From: Folioceros fuciformis
Lineage: Eukaryota
Reading direction: 5' to 3'
Assembly: GCA_049999805.1 (NCBI GenBank)
Contig: JBNGIO010005394.1
Location: forward strand, 42,576 to 106,575
Length of the DNA stretch: 64,000 nt
In this document: positions 12,032-24,965 of the stretch, one piece after another
Numbering within the stretch: position 1 is the first letter of the stretch
Layout: each line of letters starts with the position of its first letter
Notes under the pieces: generated by a model
Seen by the model: the letters and a program-made list of their open reading frames with translations, nothing else
Database searches by the model: none
What the model was told of the DNA's origin: nothing
Position numbers and translations under genes: made by a program

Positions 12032-15000
12032 TGTCGTTTATGAACAGCGATTAAGATTGCATTAAGCGCACGACCGTGCTAGGAAAGATACACGACGCTA
12101 GAGTGCAAACAACTAAATTGGCATTCAAGCGACGTTCGCGTGGTGTTCATGAGACATGGCAGTTACTAACGACTAACCGTCGTTCGTAGCCCTAGGATAG
12201 AATATGTATATATATATTTAAATTTAACCTAACTACATAGCTTAATTAGGTAAAGCGAACATCCTTCCAACACCCCCACGTGAGCTTTACGCCTTAATCT
12301 GTCGTGAGCTTTACGCCTTAATCTGTCCATGGCGGGGCTCGCTCTCCGACTGCTGTCAGCCCTACGGCAGCTGCTAGAGCGACTGATCGCCTTTCTTGCC
12401 TGCATTCTTGTCACGATTGATTTTCTAACCTCTGAGCTCGAAGTCGCCTGGAATGGTACTCTACAGTAGGACTGCCTGCCGCCATACTTAGTCACGGCTG
12501 TGTTGCTCTCAAAGATAATCAAGATTGAAGCAACACTCTCCTTTTCGACTTCACAGCATCTGAGCTTGTCCCAACGGTGCCTCTTGCCTGCTGCAAGTTG
12601 GCATCGATGATGAGTTTGAACTAGGAGTGAGCCGCAACTTCTACTATGCCGAGGCACTGCTGAGTGATTGACGTCCAGCAGCCTACAGCCTGTTGTGCAT
12701 TTCAGTGATCACAAGCAGTCAGGCCTAGTCTTTTTGCATGTTTGGTATGTAGCTCTTTAGACAAGGCCTTGGTCAGCAAGTCGGCTGGGTTTTCTACTGT
12801 AGAAATATAGGTCACAGCAATCTTTCCATCTGCTACTACTTCTCTAATAAAGTGGTGATGGATCTCTACATGCTTCGTTTTTTAGTGGAATACTGGATTC
12901 TTGGTGAGCGCAATTGCGCCTTGGTTATCACAATACACCACTATTGCATCTTTCTAGGCCACCCCAACGTCAGCTAAGTTCCTCCTTACCCAGATTGTTT
13001 CTTTTGCTGCTACTGTCAATGCCTTGTACTCGGCCTCAGTGCTTGAGGTGGACACTGTGGCCTGTTTCTTGCTTGACCATGAGACAGGTCCCCCTGCTAG
13101 CATGAATACGAACGCTGACAGTTATTTCCTGTTGTTCAGGTCCGAAGCCCAATCCGAGTCACAAAATCCTTCGAGGGTAAGGTTCCCTCCCTCTGTGCCT
13201 GCATATACTATCCCATGAGTAGGTGTGTACTTCAAGTATCTAAAGGTGCATTTCACCTGGCTCCAGTGCTCAGGACTTGGGTTCTCCAAACTGTGACTCT
13301 AAGCTGACAGCAAATGCAATATCTGGCCTTGTTACATTTGCAAGATAGATAAGTGTGCCCACAACATGTCTATACGAAGTCTTTGCCATTTCATCAGCTT
13401 CCTCAGGTGTCAATGGTTCCAGAGTCCTGGTCAGCTTCAAACCAATTGCAAGCGGAGTTGCACACCCATTTGCTTCAGCCAGGCTAAATCTTTTCAAGCC
13501 CTCTTTTATGTATTTTTGCAGGCAAATTGACAGCTTTCTGGCTGATCGGTCCCTTGCAATTTCTATGCCCAGGCACCATGTGAGTTCTCAAAGTTTGGTC
13601 ATTCGAACTCACGCTTCAGCAGATCTTTCACTTTGCTCATCACACTACTTCTTCCCTTAGTGGCAGCCAAGACAAGGTCATCCACGTACAGCAGTAAGAT
13701 GAGAAACCTGTCATCCTCTCTCAGCATGTATAGCCCATGATCAGCTGTCCCTTGCTTGAAGCCTAGCTTCTTCATGTATGCGTCAATGCGTTGGTTCCAT
13801 GCCCTCGGACTCTATTTGAGTCCGTACAAGGTCTTGTTCAACCTACAAACTAGCTGATCCTTTCCTTGTTGCACATAACCCCTTCGGCTGTTGCATGTAG
13901 ATCTCTTCTTCCAGCTCGCCATGCAGGAAGGCGGTCTTCACGTCCATTTGCTCGAGATCTGAATCCAGGTGGGCTGCCAACGCTAACACCATCCTTAGAG
14001 TTGTAAATTTTACAAATGGAGCAAATGTCTCGGTAAAGTCTACTCCTGGTACTTGTGAAAAACCCCGGGCTATGAGGCGTGCTTTGTATCGCTCAATGCT
14101 TCCATCAGCCTTCTTCTTAAGCTTGAACACCCATTTACAAGAAATTGGTTTCCTGCTTTTTGGAAGCTCCACGAGTGACCAAGTACCATTCTTCACTATG
14201 GACGCATACTCATCGTCCACTGCCCTTTTCCATTGCTTTGCATTTGACCCTGTAAAGGCTTGTGTCAACGTGGCACGCTCCATAGGGCATGTGCTGGCTG
14301 CCAACATGGCTTGAACAAATGCACTTGAGGCTTGTGCATCTTCTGACATGTCTGCAGCACCATTTAAAGACTCCTCTGCAGCCTGTGCCCCCACTGAAGT
14401 ATCGACCGAGGTAACTGGTGCACTCCCTGATCCACTCTTTGCATTCCTTGTCTTAGACTTGGACTTATTTGGGCGCCAGTCCTCCATTTCCAGCGGAAGG
14501 CTCCTTCCAGGGCCTGTTCCTTTCCCTCAAACTATATCTATGTGTTGATGCATCTGGAACGGATCCATGTACATCTGGAGCATCCTTGTCAAGCATCTCT
14601 ACATCAGCATGCTTAGGTACCTCACCTTCACCATCGTCATCTTCAGGAGGAAGGTCATCATCTTCTGCATTAATTTCAGCAGTGTCGTCAACTTGCTCAC
14701 CAGTCTGGTCAAAGTGTGAGACTACAACATCATCACTTCCATCTTGACTGAATGCAGGGTATGGAGCAGCTGCATCCTCTTCCTTAGTTTATGTATAGTC
14801 ATTCATCAGCCCACCAACACTGGTGCCAGTTTCAGGTACAACCGAGCAGGGTGTTTGCATCACACTTCGTTCATCAAAGACAACACTTCTGGCATGACTC
14901 ACTGTCCTTGTCACATGGTCGTACAGCTTGTAGGCTTTGATGCCGTCAATGTAGCCTATAAACACTAATTTGTTGGCTCTATCTTGCAGTTTCGTCTTCC

Positions 15001-18000
15001 TCTTGGGCTTCAGAACAAATGCATAAGCCGGAGCACCAAAAATACGCAAATGTTGTACACCTGGCTTCCTTCCCCACCAGGCCTCGAATGGTGTTGTAAC
15101 ACTCGTGTAGGTAGCCGATTCAACAAGTAGTTAGCTATGTTAATCGCTTCACCCTAGTAAGAGCCTGACAAACGAGCCTATTTGAGAAGTGCTCTTGCTG
15201 TTTCCTGCAGCAGCTGATTTTTCTTTTCAGCGACACCATTAAGCGGGGCATTGTATGGGACAGTGAGCTGGCGTTGAATGCCGAGACCACGACAATAATC
15301 CTGAAAAGCATTTGAGGTATATTCCCCACCATTGTCGGATCGCAGGCATTTCAAGGATCGTCCATGCTGACGTTCTACCATGAGCAGATAATCCTTAAAT
15401 CTCTCCAGAGCCTCACTTTTGTGCCTCAAGATATACAGCATGCAATATCGTGTAGAGTCATCGATGAAAGTCATGAAATACGAACCTCCACCAATGCTCA
15501 GAACGGAGATGGGGCCACAAATATATGAATGCACCAAATCCAAGGGAGCTGTAGCACGGTGAGCTCCTGACTTGTCAAATGCAAATTCATGGTGTTTGGC
15601 ATAAATGCATGCTTCGCATAGTGGCAGGTCCCCCACTTGACCTGTAATGCCGTCAGAATACAAGGCACTATTTGCCATAGCCTGCAGCTTCTTTCCATGA
15701 GGATGGCCACACCTCAAGTGCCAAACAGTGGCTACCTCCTGCGAGGAAACATTGCCTCCAAGGCCAGCAATATTCAGGGTAGGTAACTTGCTACTGGGAG
15801 TGCTCAATTGGTAGATATCATTGACTGGATATCCTTCAGCAACTGCTACACCCGGATCCGTGCTCCTCACTATTGTGCACTTGTCCCCTCGAAAAGAAAC
15901 TTGCATTGCTCTATCCGCAGTAAGTTTCCGAACTGACAGTAAATTCTTTGTTATTGTAGGTACATGTAAAACATCACTTAATTCGAGATTCCCTCCGTGA
16001 TGTAAAGGCAGCGTGACCTTGCCTATGCCAACAATTGGTAATGTGCTTTCATCTCCTAGTAGCACCAATTGTGCTTCCCTGTACGGTCTGTACTCACAAA
16101 AGGAAGCTTTGTTGTGGCAGATGTGCGCAGAGGCACCTGAATCAATGAACCACGTTGGGGTATGCGAGCCAGCAGTGGTAAGGAACATAGTCAAAATTAC
16201 CTATGCTTGCTTCTTCTTAGGTGCCTGCGCATTGTGTGCCTCAGGAGATCTTGCACCATCCTTTCTAGGCTCGCCGGCCTTTCTTTTGCGACAGTCACAT
16301 GCCCAGTGACATGGTATACCGCACCAATTGCAACTACCTATCCTCTTCTGGCTGCCTGAGCTTTGGCCAGGTCCACTTGTAGCTGTCCTACCACCACGGT
16401 TTGCACTCCAGCCACCTCGGCCTCTCTTGAATGGTTTGCCTCTGCCTGCAAAAAGGGCTTGCTGACCCTGTGTTTGCTATTTTGCAGAGCGTGAAGACAG
16501 CCGCGTGGCTTCTTCCTGCAGCATCGCACTAACAACTCCATTGAAAGTTAGAGGATTTGCATCAAGCTTCAAGGCCTTGGCTATTCTAGTCTCAACCTTC
16601 GCCATGGCCTGTTGACCAGTGACAAAGGGCCCGTAACTTGGCGATAAGGAACTCAACAATGTACAAGCTGCGTCGTAGTCTGAAATCTTTGTCCCTGTTG
16701 AACTCAATCTTGCACGGGCAATTCTAAACCGAGCTATATGTAATGTTCAACTGTCTCCCCTTCTGACATCCGCAAACTGTGATATCTTGCAGATGCGGAC
16801 ATGGATGCCGCCATATCATGGGAGGCAAACATCATAGCAAGATGGTTCCACATGTCTTCTGCCGAGTCACCTGGTCCATCAGATGCTTGACACATCATCT
16901 CTGGAGCAAGGCCTGACCTGATCATGTTTCTTGCTCTAATGTCCGCCAGCCTTCAAACAGGTAGGTTTGCAGAAGCCTCTCCAGGTTTTGGTGTTGCACC
17001 ACTCACAATTTCCCATAATTTTTTCTCTTCCAATGCTCCTTGCATCCTCATGACCCAAATGTCATATTCAGCACCAGTGACCAGTCGGTCCTTTTCCTTG
17101 AAACCACCGCTGGTCAGAGATTGCAGTGCGCGAGTCATTTCAACTCGTGCTTTGTCATCATCATCCATTTTGGATTTCCAGAACCAGGAATAATCTTCGT
17201 GTGAAAAGTTTGTATTTACATATGCTCGCCTAGAGTCCACATCCGTACCTTCTTCAGAGTAGTCATCAAAATCAATCAACCCAACTTCTTGAGCAAGTTT
17301 CCTGAGCCACTCTGGAGATGTGTAAGTCCCTCGCTCACTCATGAATTAACAGCTACCTGCATTGTTGGACTCCACCGGCCTGGACTGGCACACAGCACAC
17401 TTTGGTCGTCTTTGGTTTGACACAAGAGTTTGGGTAATTCTATTACTCTCCTGCAGTTGTGGCTTCATCGAAACAAAAAGTTTGATATCTATTTGCTGCA
17501 GGTGATTCTCCAACCTGACTATCTGATCTGTAAGACTATCTAACGTGGTAAGAATGTGCTAGGTTTGGCAGAGTGGAGTGCTGTTGATGTTGTCAAGTCT
17601 CTGGGTGAGATGCTACACGGCAACGGTGAGGGACTCGTCCCTCTCTCTTGTGACTGACTCAAGATGTAAAGGTGCTGACTCCCGTTGACGTTGCTGCACA
17701 GACCTACGGTGCTGGTGAATACTGGGATTAGCGGTGGCTAAATTTGGGATCCTTTCTCTCTGGAGACGCCTATCTGGCTATCTATTCCTCTCGATGGGCA
17801 GGTTGGTAATTTCGTAGAGAGGTACGGGCTGGAAGGCTCTACACTGATTCCCTCTATGGCTGCGGTGACGGTGCGCCATCCTAAGGAGCAGGTGAGCCTC
17901 CCTTCATCAATTCTTGGACCATTCTTGCTGCGTCCTACCAGCTTCTCAATTCGCAAGCGGAATGTGCGCCTTCACGCCGCTCTTCGAAGACCACCCGTCG

Positions 18001-19322
18001 CACCTCCATAGTTGGAGTAGGCTTCTTGTGCATCTTGGTCTCATTGAAGAACACGTCATTGCTGTGAACAACCCTCTTGGCCTCTGGATCCCATAGACGG
18101 TATCCCATCTCACCAGATTCACCATAGCCAAGAAAAATACATTTCTTGGACTTAGGTGCTAACTTGTCCCGAAACTCCTTTGGAACATGGCAGTATGCCT
18201 CGCAGCCAAACACTCGTAGATGCTTGTATGACGGCTTCTTTCCAGACCACATCTCCTCTGGAAGCTGCTCATCCACAGCCTTATTAGGAGATCTGTTAGT
18301 AAGATGCACCGCAGTAGCCAATGCTTCTGCCCAAAATCCATTAGGCAATCCAGAGTTTGACAACAAACTATGCATCCTCTCTTGGATGGTCCTGTTCATC
18401 TGTTCAGCCACACCGTTATGGGGAGGAGTATACGGGGCAATCGATTCTCTCTTGATTGCCTTGGAATCACAAAATGAATGGAAAGCCTTCGAAATGTACT
18501 CTCCCCCATTGTCTGTCCTCAAACACTTCAGTCAGAGGCCAGACTGATTTTCCACAAGGATGTAAAATTTTTGAAACACTGTTAGAACATCATCCTTTTT
18601 CCTCAAAGGATAAACCCACACCTTGCGTGAGTTATCATCAATGAAAGTGACAAAATAGGATGCACCACCTAATGATATGTTGGAAGGATGTTCGCTTTAC
18701 CTAATTAGGCTATGTAGTTAGGTTAAATTTAAATATATATATACATATTCTATCCTAGGGCTACGAACGACGGTTAGTCGTTAGTAACTGCCATGTCTCG
18801 TGAACACTACGCGAACGTCGCTTGAATGCTAGTTCACTTGTTTGCACTCTAGCGTCGTGTATCTTTCCTAGCACGGTCGTATGCTTAATGCGATCCTAAT
18901 CGCTATTCATAAACGACATGGTATCAGAGCTTGGTACCAGGCGTTGAAGCTATCCATTTGCTCTCTGCCGAGGAGCTGTAGCTTTCTGTCACCTGGATAG
19001 AAAGCAAATGGATATCTTCAATACCCTGCACAAACAGCCGATGTGAGATGGACTCCCTTGCCGCCAAGTGTGGCTGGTTGTTGTACCTGGCAAAATTTGT
19101 AGGACCAGAGCTCGAGCCGCTGATCTACAAGCTTGTCAACCAGATAGCCAGTCATGCGGAGGTGCAAGAAAGACGCAAAAGCCTGAAACTGCGCAAGAAG
19201 GTTGTCAAAATTCAGATGCGTCGATCTAGGAACAGCTAGAAAAGTCAGGCTTTGTGGATTGCTTACTGTGGGTAGCTGGCGCTACTTTGACCTGACTGTC
19301 AGGGGTAGGTTGAACGTCGTGA
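12032..19322 (-). mobile_element. Nested Ty1/Copia element B inserted in the integrase of A (5' end inverted)
   Basis: 3' LTR 12032-12272 with PPT, RNase H ~12760-13200, RT 13270-14300, INT/PR 14789-16194 (WFIDSGAS, LRSDNGGEY), gag 16200-17342. The 5' LTR 18678-18918 and PBS 18919-18930 are now on +. TSD TATCA (12027-12031; its reverse complement TGATA at 18673-18677). Confidence 0.93.
18678..18918 (+). repeat. 5' LTR of element B (inverted relative to 12032-12272)
   Basis: Reverse complement of 12032-12272, about 12 mismatches in 241 bp by manual count, mostly transitions. Followed by the PBS. Confidence 0.95.
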
Positions 19323-20293
19323 TGTGGAGGAACCCGCTCCTCCACTTGTAGAAGAAGAGAGAGTGCAACCAGCTCCGGTCGAGGCACCTGTGCTTCGGAG
19401 GTTAGGAAGGATTTCACGTCCTCCTGACAGGTATGTTGCATCTCTTGATTATGTTGCGCTGACGAATTGTGGGGAGCCCTCTTATTATCAAGAGGCCATG
19501 TCACTGACTGACAAGGACAAGTGGGAGAAGGCGATGCAGTTGCAGATGGATTCGCTCCATAAGAATCAAACTTGGGAGTTGGTTCGGTTGCCTAGGGGCA
19601 AGAAGGCATTACCATGCAAATGGGTGTATAAGATGAAGAACATACCCCATTATGGCAAACTCAAGTACAAGGCACAATTGGTTGCTAAGGGTTTTAAGCA
19701 ACAACAAGGTATTGACTTTGATGAGATTTTCTCACCAGTTGTCAAAATGACCACCTTGCGATGTGTTCTTTGCTCTAGTTGCGAGGAGCGATATGGAACT
19801 TATCCCGATGGATGTGAAGTTGGCATTTCTATATGGTGATTTCTAGGAAAAGGTATACATGCAGCAACTAGAGGGTTTCATTGAGAAGGGCAAAGACAAC
19901 CTAGTGTGCAGGTTAAAGGAGCCTTTATGGTATGAAACAAGCACCCAAGGAGTGGTATTATAAGTTCCACTCATTTATGCTTTCTCAAGGCTACAAACGT
20001 AGCAAGGAGGATCATTGCCTCTATATGAAGCAAGCTAAGGATGGAAGCTTGCTCATTTTGGTCCTCTATGTGGATGATATGCTAATTCCTAGGAATAGCA
20101 GTGATGAGATTTCAGCGTTGAAGTCAAAGTTAAATGCTCGCTTTGACATGATAGACTTGGGAGAGGCAAGCCATATTCTTGGCATGTGTATTCGTCAAGA
20201 CAGACATAAGCATTTGCTTTACTTGTCTCAGACTGAATACATTAACAGGGTGCTTCAACGTTTCAATATGGAGAAGGGGAAGGTATTGAGTAC

Positions 20294-21086
20294 TGTCATG
20301 AAGGTGATCGCCGATTAGGTAAGAAACCCTTAGCCAATTTTGTTTAGAATAGGATAGCAAATATATGTCTTAAGTGAACCAATGCTAGGATAAATAAACC
20401 TAGCTTAGCTAGATATTTCGCAAACTAGCTTAGAAATAGCTAGATGTTTCTAGGCAAGTTGAGTCGGAACACATGTTGGGTATTTCCCAACTTGTTGTTA
20501 GTGTAACCCTGCTGCCCAATGTGGGAAAACAGTAGAACTTAGGGTACACTAGCAAGGCGTCATGGAAGGAGCAGCGCTGATGCAAGGGCATGAAGCCAAC
20601 TCAGCTGGACGTTGGGTCGTGAAGATGGCTGGCACTAGGCAAAGGGGCAGCCAGGGTAGAAGTCGATAGTTGTTGAGGTTGCGCCGTGTAGCGCTGTAAC
20701 TTGGGGGAGGCAGCTCAAACCATGTTTTTGTGTTCTCTGGAATTGGGAGCTAGGATGAAGAACGTTTTCAGTGCCTTTCATTCCAGTGTTGCAGTTCATG
20801 GCGTAACTTACTTACTCACCAAGCTGCGTGTGTCACACAACTTCTTTAAAACCCAAATTGCTACAAGTTTTTGCTGCAATCTCTTCAATCAGAATCTTCC
20901 ATTTTCTGGACATGGATTGTCCTCACTTGCAGCAGATTGTGCTGCAATTTGTAACATGGAGAGTAGTGGGAAACAACACTAGGATACAGGTACAAATGCT
21001 AAATGTGCAAGCCGAAACCCCAAGCTTCAAGTGGGTGCTGGCCAGGCTCAAGACTTGACTCATCACAACATTGCCTTAGCACGACA
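20294..21086. mobile_element. Solo LTR (793 bp) inserted in RT of element A
   Basis: Ends TGTCATG...CACGACA form an imperfect inverted repeat. Flanks GTAC/ATAC give a 4-bp TSD with one mismatch. Removal restores KVLSTPLPPYV. Confidence 0.8.
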
Positions 21087-21865
21087 ATACTCCGTTGCCT
21101 CCATATGTGAAACTTTCAAGCAAGGATTGCCCAAGCTTTGCGGAGGACAAAGTTGAAATGGAGAAGGTTCCATACTCATCAGCTGTAGGGAGTTTGATAT
21201 ATGCAATGATTGCTACACATCTTGATATTGCTTTTGCAGTGGGAGTGGTTAGCAGGTTCATGTCAAACCCTGGCATGAAGCATTGGGAGGCAGTGAAAGG
21301 AGTTATGAGGTACTTGAATGGTACAAACGCTTTGTGCTTATGTTTTGGTAGTGAAGATGCATCTGTAGTGGGATATATGGATGCTGATTATGCAAGGGAT
21401 ATGGACAAAAGGAGGTCCACATCAGGTTATGTCTTCATGTGCACTGGAGGAGCAGTCTCGTGGCGATCTCGTTTGCAATCATGCATAATGCTATCTACCA
21501 AAGAGGTCGAGTATGTTGTAGCGACTAAGGCTTGCAAGGAAGCCATGTGGCTTGCTCGTTTAGTGGGAGATTTGGGGATTAGGGTTGAGTTGCCAATGTT
21601 GCATTGTGATAGCCAGAGTGCTATCCAATTGGCGAAGAATCTAGTATTTCATGCGAAGACCAAACATGTGGAAGTGAAGTATCACTTCATTCGAGAGGTG
21701 TTGGAAGACAAGAGGGTACAGCTTGTCAAAGTTCACACCAGTTAGAACCTTGCAGATATTCTTACCAAGGGGTTCTTTTCGGAGCAATTCGCACAAGCTC
21801 GGACACTCATGGGCATGAGGTAGACCACTCTCCTATGAAGATAAATTGGCCTTTAAGTGGGAGGT

Positions 21866-22156
21866 TGTAGGGTTATTAAAGCCCAATGTGCTTAGACTAA
21901 TGTGTTTAGTCTAAGATTAGTATCTAGTTAAGTATCATCTATTTAGATTAGCTTAAGCTAATATGTAGGAAGCTTCTTGCGCAGCTTCCTGTGCGCTTTT
22001 TGTGAAGCTTCCTTGGGAGCTTTTCTAGAGGGTATAAATACTACCTTGAGCTCCCTTGCAATTGAGACTCTCTGTGAGAGTGTGACCTCTCTTTCTCCTC
22101 TCCTCCTTGCTTCCTCCTCTCCTCCTTCACCATGTGGCTCCTCTAGCGATCCTTCA
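21866..22156 (+). repeat. 3' LTR of element A
   Basis: Matches 9582-9853, with a short CT-rich expansion; preceded by the PPT. Confidence 0.95.
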
Positions 22157-23100
22157 CTCTTTGGTAGGCAAGACCGTTGTTCTCTTCGGTAGGCAAGACT
22201 GACGCTACACTCTCCCCTTTGCTCTCTTTGGTATGCTATAGGGTCACCTCCACTTTATCTTCATCTTGTTTGAGCGTCCCATTGCTTCACCCTCCCTTTT
22301 ATCTATTGCTTCACCCTCCCTTTTTATCTTCTTTGGCATGACATATCGATGCTTTTCCTTGTTTTTTTTTTTGACAAAGGAGTTGCATCTCCAAACTTTT
22401 CTTGACCAAACGAGTTGAGCAATTAAACTTAAACAAGATATTAGGCCACGGTTCTTCGGAGATCTCAGGGGACATCCTAAAAGGATTTTGTACCCTGAGT
22501 CCGTCTCTACTGTTCTGCGCATGTAGGACGGACCCACACTTGCAAAATGTTTTTACTAGATGTACTCGGATGGGGTGCCTAGAGTGAGTGGATGGATTAA
22601 CCCCAAACCTTGAAAACAGGCTTCGTTCGTCCAGGGTTAGACAGCATGCAAGAATTTACATTCATCTGGACAATTTACATCCAGTCTGACGACTAGGCAG
22701 TACGGGTTGTGGAGCTTTGAAGCTGAGAGTGGGAGGACCACCTGGATGCGCGTCGAGAAGTTACCTCATCCGCTGAAAGCATCTTACAAGTGCGTTGGAA
22801 CAGCAGGAAACTGAGCCCTTGCAACAAACAAGAATCAGGCCTCACAGACCTGCCATGAAAGAATTAGAACATCAAAATGCCCGCCAGAAAATTCGCTAGA
22901 GCATTACGAACGGGCCACTAGACACAGATTCCGCAGCATCTACTTGTTCTGAGACTCGCAGGAGATTTCCCCATGGAGGTGCAAGGGAAAGTAGTGAGAA
23001 CACCTCTTCCGCTACATCCAGTGGTCTCTTCTTGAAACCCAAGGTTCATCAGAAAGCCAAGTCGTGCCTCCCCAGCTTTCACCCACTCACCATGGCCTTG

Positions 23101-24165
23101 TTAATTAAAAGCTCGCCAGATGGGGTCCTGAAGATACTGAAGAGCAATAAGGATAGCCTCCTCCGTTCTTATGGTTCTGGTGCCTTGGCTAGGGCATACA
23201 TTAATGTACCGATCAAAGAGAGATGCCACACTGTCCGTTGTTATACTTTTGTCCTTCGACTTGCTCTCCTCCAAGCCCGGAGGACCACCAAAAACTACTA
23301 GTAGATGCCTGAACCTGGGAACTTCGAAAGTTGAGGACTGCTCCTTGGTCCCATGCTCTGACGTTCCAATCCTGTAGTCGTAACCATCTGCGAAGGGACA
23401 ATTTTCAAAGATAGCACTTAAGCGACGGACATGCCTAACACTGTACCCCCAATAGAGACCTGTCACCTCACTGGGAACAGAAGATGGCACCGTCTGCAAT
23501 TTATTTCCCAGGGACTTCCAGTTCTCCCCCATAGCTACTGTCACTCTCGTACCTAGCGGGACAGAAGGGGTGACGACTACTTCCTTGGCTAGACCAACAT
23601 CTACTGTCGATCCATCCACCCCTTGGTTGGCAAGAACAAATCCTTCCCGGTAAGGCACCCACTCGTGCTTCCGTGCGTGGTGTGGAGTATCCAAAGGTGG
23701 AAGAAGCCCAGCAAATCTCAAAGAAGGTTGCACAGGAAATAAAGCTTTGCGAAGGTACTGCGGAGTCTCGAGGTACTGCAGAATCCGGGCTAGGAAGGCG
23801 CCACCGGTCTCTTCTGTGCCTCCTGCGTAGCTCCACCTCCGATTCCTCACAGTGGAGTTCGCATATCCGTCGTCGAACACGACGACCTCGTCCACCCTAA
23901 AGATGACAGCAGCTCGCGCAATCTGACCTGCCAGGGCAGTTGCCAGCTCCAAAGACTGGGCGTTGTCAATCACGGACCCGGCCACTGCAATTGTCACAGT
24001 GTAGTTCCGACCTGCGGGATTCTTCGTCCTTTTCTTAACGCATGCGTCAACTATCTGCCGGCAGCTGTGGGCAGATTCCTCAGTTGCCGGTCCAGGCCCA
24101 GCTCTCCTCTTCCGCTTGCTGGGCTTGCGCAGTCCATCGGACTCACCAAACGCAACAGCAGCCAT
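23101..24165 (-). CDS. SPOUT1: SPOUT-domain RNA methyltransferase, C9orf114/SPOUT1 (CENP-32) family, intronless CDS
   Basis: Family motifs TIAVAGSVIDNAQS, QIARAAVIFRVDEVVVFD, LQYLETPQYLRKALF, GLLPPLDTPHH, YWGYSVR, IGTSEHG, VVFGG and QGTRTIRTEEA. First ATG at 24165. Confidence 0.92.
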   Translation of the reverse strand: MAAVAFGESDGLRKPSKRKRRAGPGPATEESAHSCRQIVDACVKKRTKNPAGRNYTVTIAVAGSVIDNAQSLELATALAGQIARAAVIFRVDEVVVFDDGYANSTVRNRRWSYAGGTEETGGAFLARILQYLETPQYLRKALFPVQPSLRFAGLLPPLDTPHHARKHEWVPYREGFVLANQGVDGSTVDVGLAKEVVVTPSVPLGTRVTVAMGENWKSLGNKLQTVPSSVPSEVTGLYWGYSVRHVRRLSAIFENCPFADGYDYRIGTSEHGTKEQSSTFEVPRFRHLLVVFGGPPGLEESKSKDKSITTDSVASLFDRYINVCPSQGTRTIRTEEAILIALQYLQDPIWRAFN

Positions 24166-24690
24166 ACTGCCCACAAACGATATGACCCTGCGGTTCTTCA
24201 CTTTAAAACATAGGCTATAATTGGATACACACAGAAACAAAGCTGTGTAGCCGAATAGCAGTTACCTATTTGCGTGTTCGAAAGCGGAGACTGTGCCATG
24301 GCCTATAGACGCTCTTCCATACAGCAGTGGCTCACGCAGCAAATCGATAAACCCACAACGGGTAACCTCAAGAAGACATTAATGTTGCAGAGGCAACATG
24401 GTGCTCTTTCTCCGAAGTTGCCGTGTGGAGCAAATATATTCAAATCCTCGACGAGTCGTCGTGCTTCTGTTGTTGGCACTGGTATGCTTCCATGATCGCA
24501 ACTCCCATGTTCAATTTCCTCACAGTTTACAAGCTCTGACATGGCCTTTCTTGTGGTGGGCTGGCTTGAAGAGGAGGCATGTTCACAGCAAAACCCCGGG
24601 GGGAACCTTTTTTCCATTCGTTGGGTCAATGGGAGGAGAACGGTACTGGGAGCAAGTCCCTGAATGCATGCCACGACGAAGAGAAACAGT

Positions 24691-24725
24691 GAGCTGAGCT
24701 GAGCTGGGCTGAGCTGAGCTGAGCT
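24691..24725 (+). repeat. (GAGCT)7 pentamer microsatellite in divergent intergenic region
   Basis: gagct x7 with one gggct variant. Confidence 0.9.
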
Positions 24726-24965
24726 ACGTGACCTGACCATGGGACTGCTGCAATGCAGGGAAAGCCAAGACATGCCTACACCACGCCGAGGGACACCTTG
24801 TGGGTTGACTGGCCTTAGGCCTCGTCCAAACGGCCTGGTGCTTTGCATCAACGATCAAAATGTGTTAGTGTTCCTTCTGTCTTTTCTCGTTTGGTGTGAT
24901 CGTGTCACGATGTGTTCACGGTCTCCTCGTTGTTCAGATCTCCAGATGTGGAAGCAGATTCAGAG

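Larger units (their letters stand above)
9582..22156 (+). mobile_element. Full-length but disrupted Ty1/Copia element A (host of nested insertions)
   Basis: LTRs 9582-9853 and 21866-22156, PBS TGGTATCAGAGC 9856-9867, gag ~10515-11260, PR WIIDSRAS, GAG-pre-INT, INT (12000-12031 plus inverted 17972-18677), RT 19324-20293, RT end/RNase H 21087-21823, PPT aagtgggagg. Confidence 0.95.
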
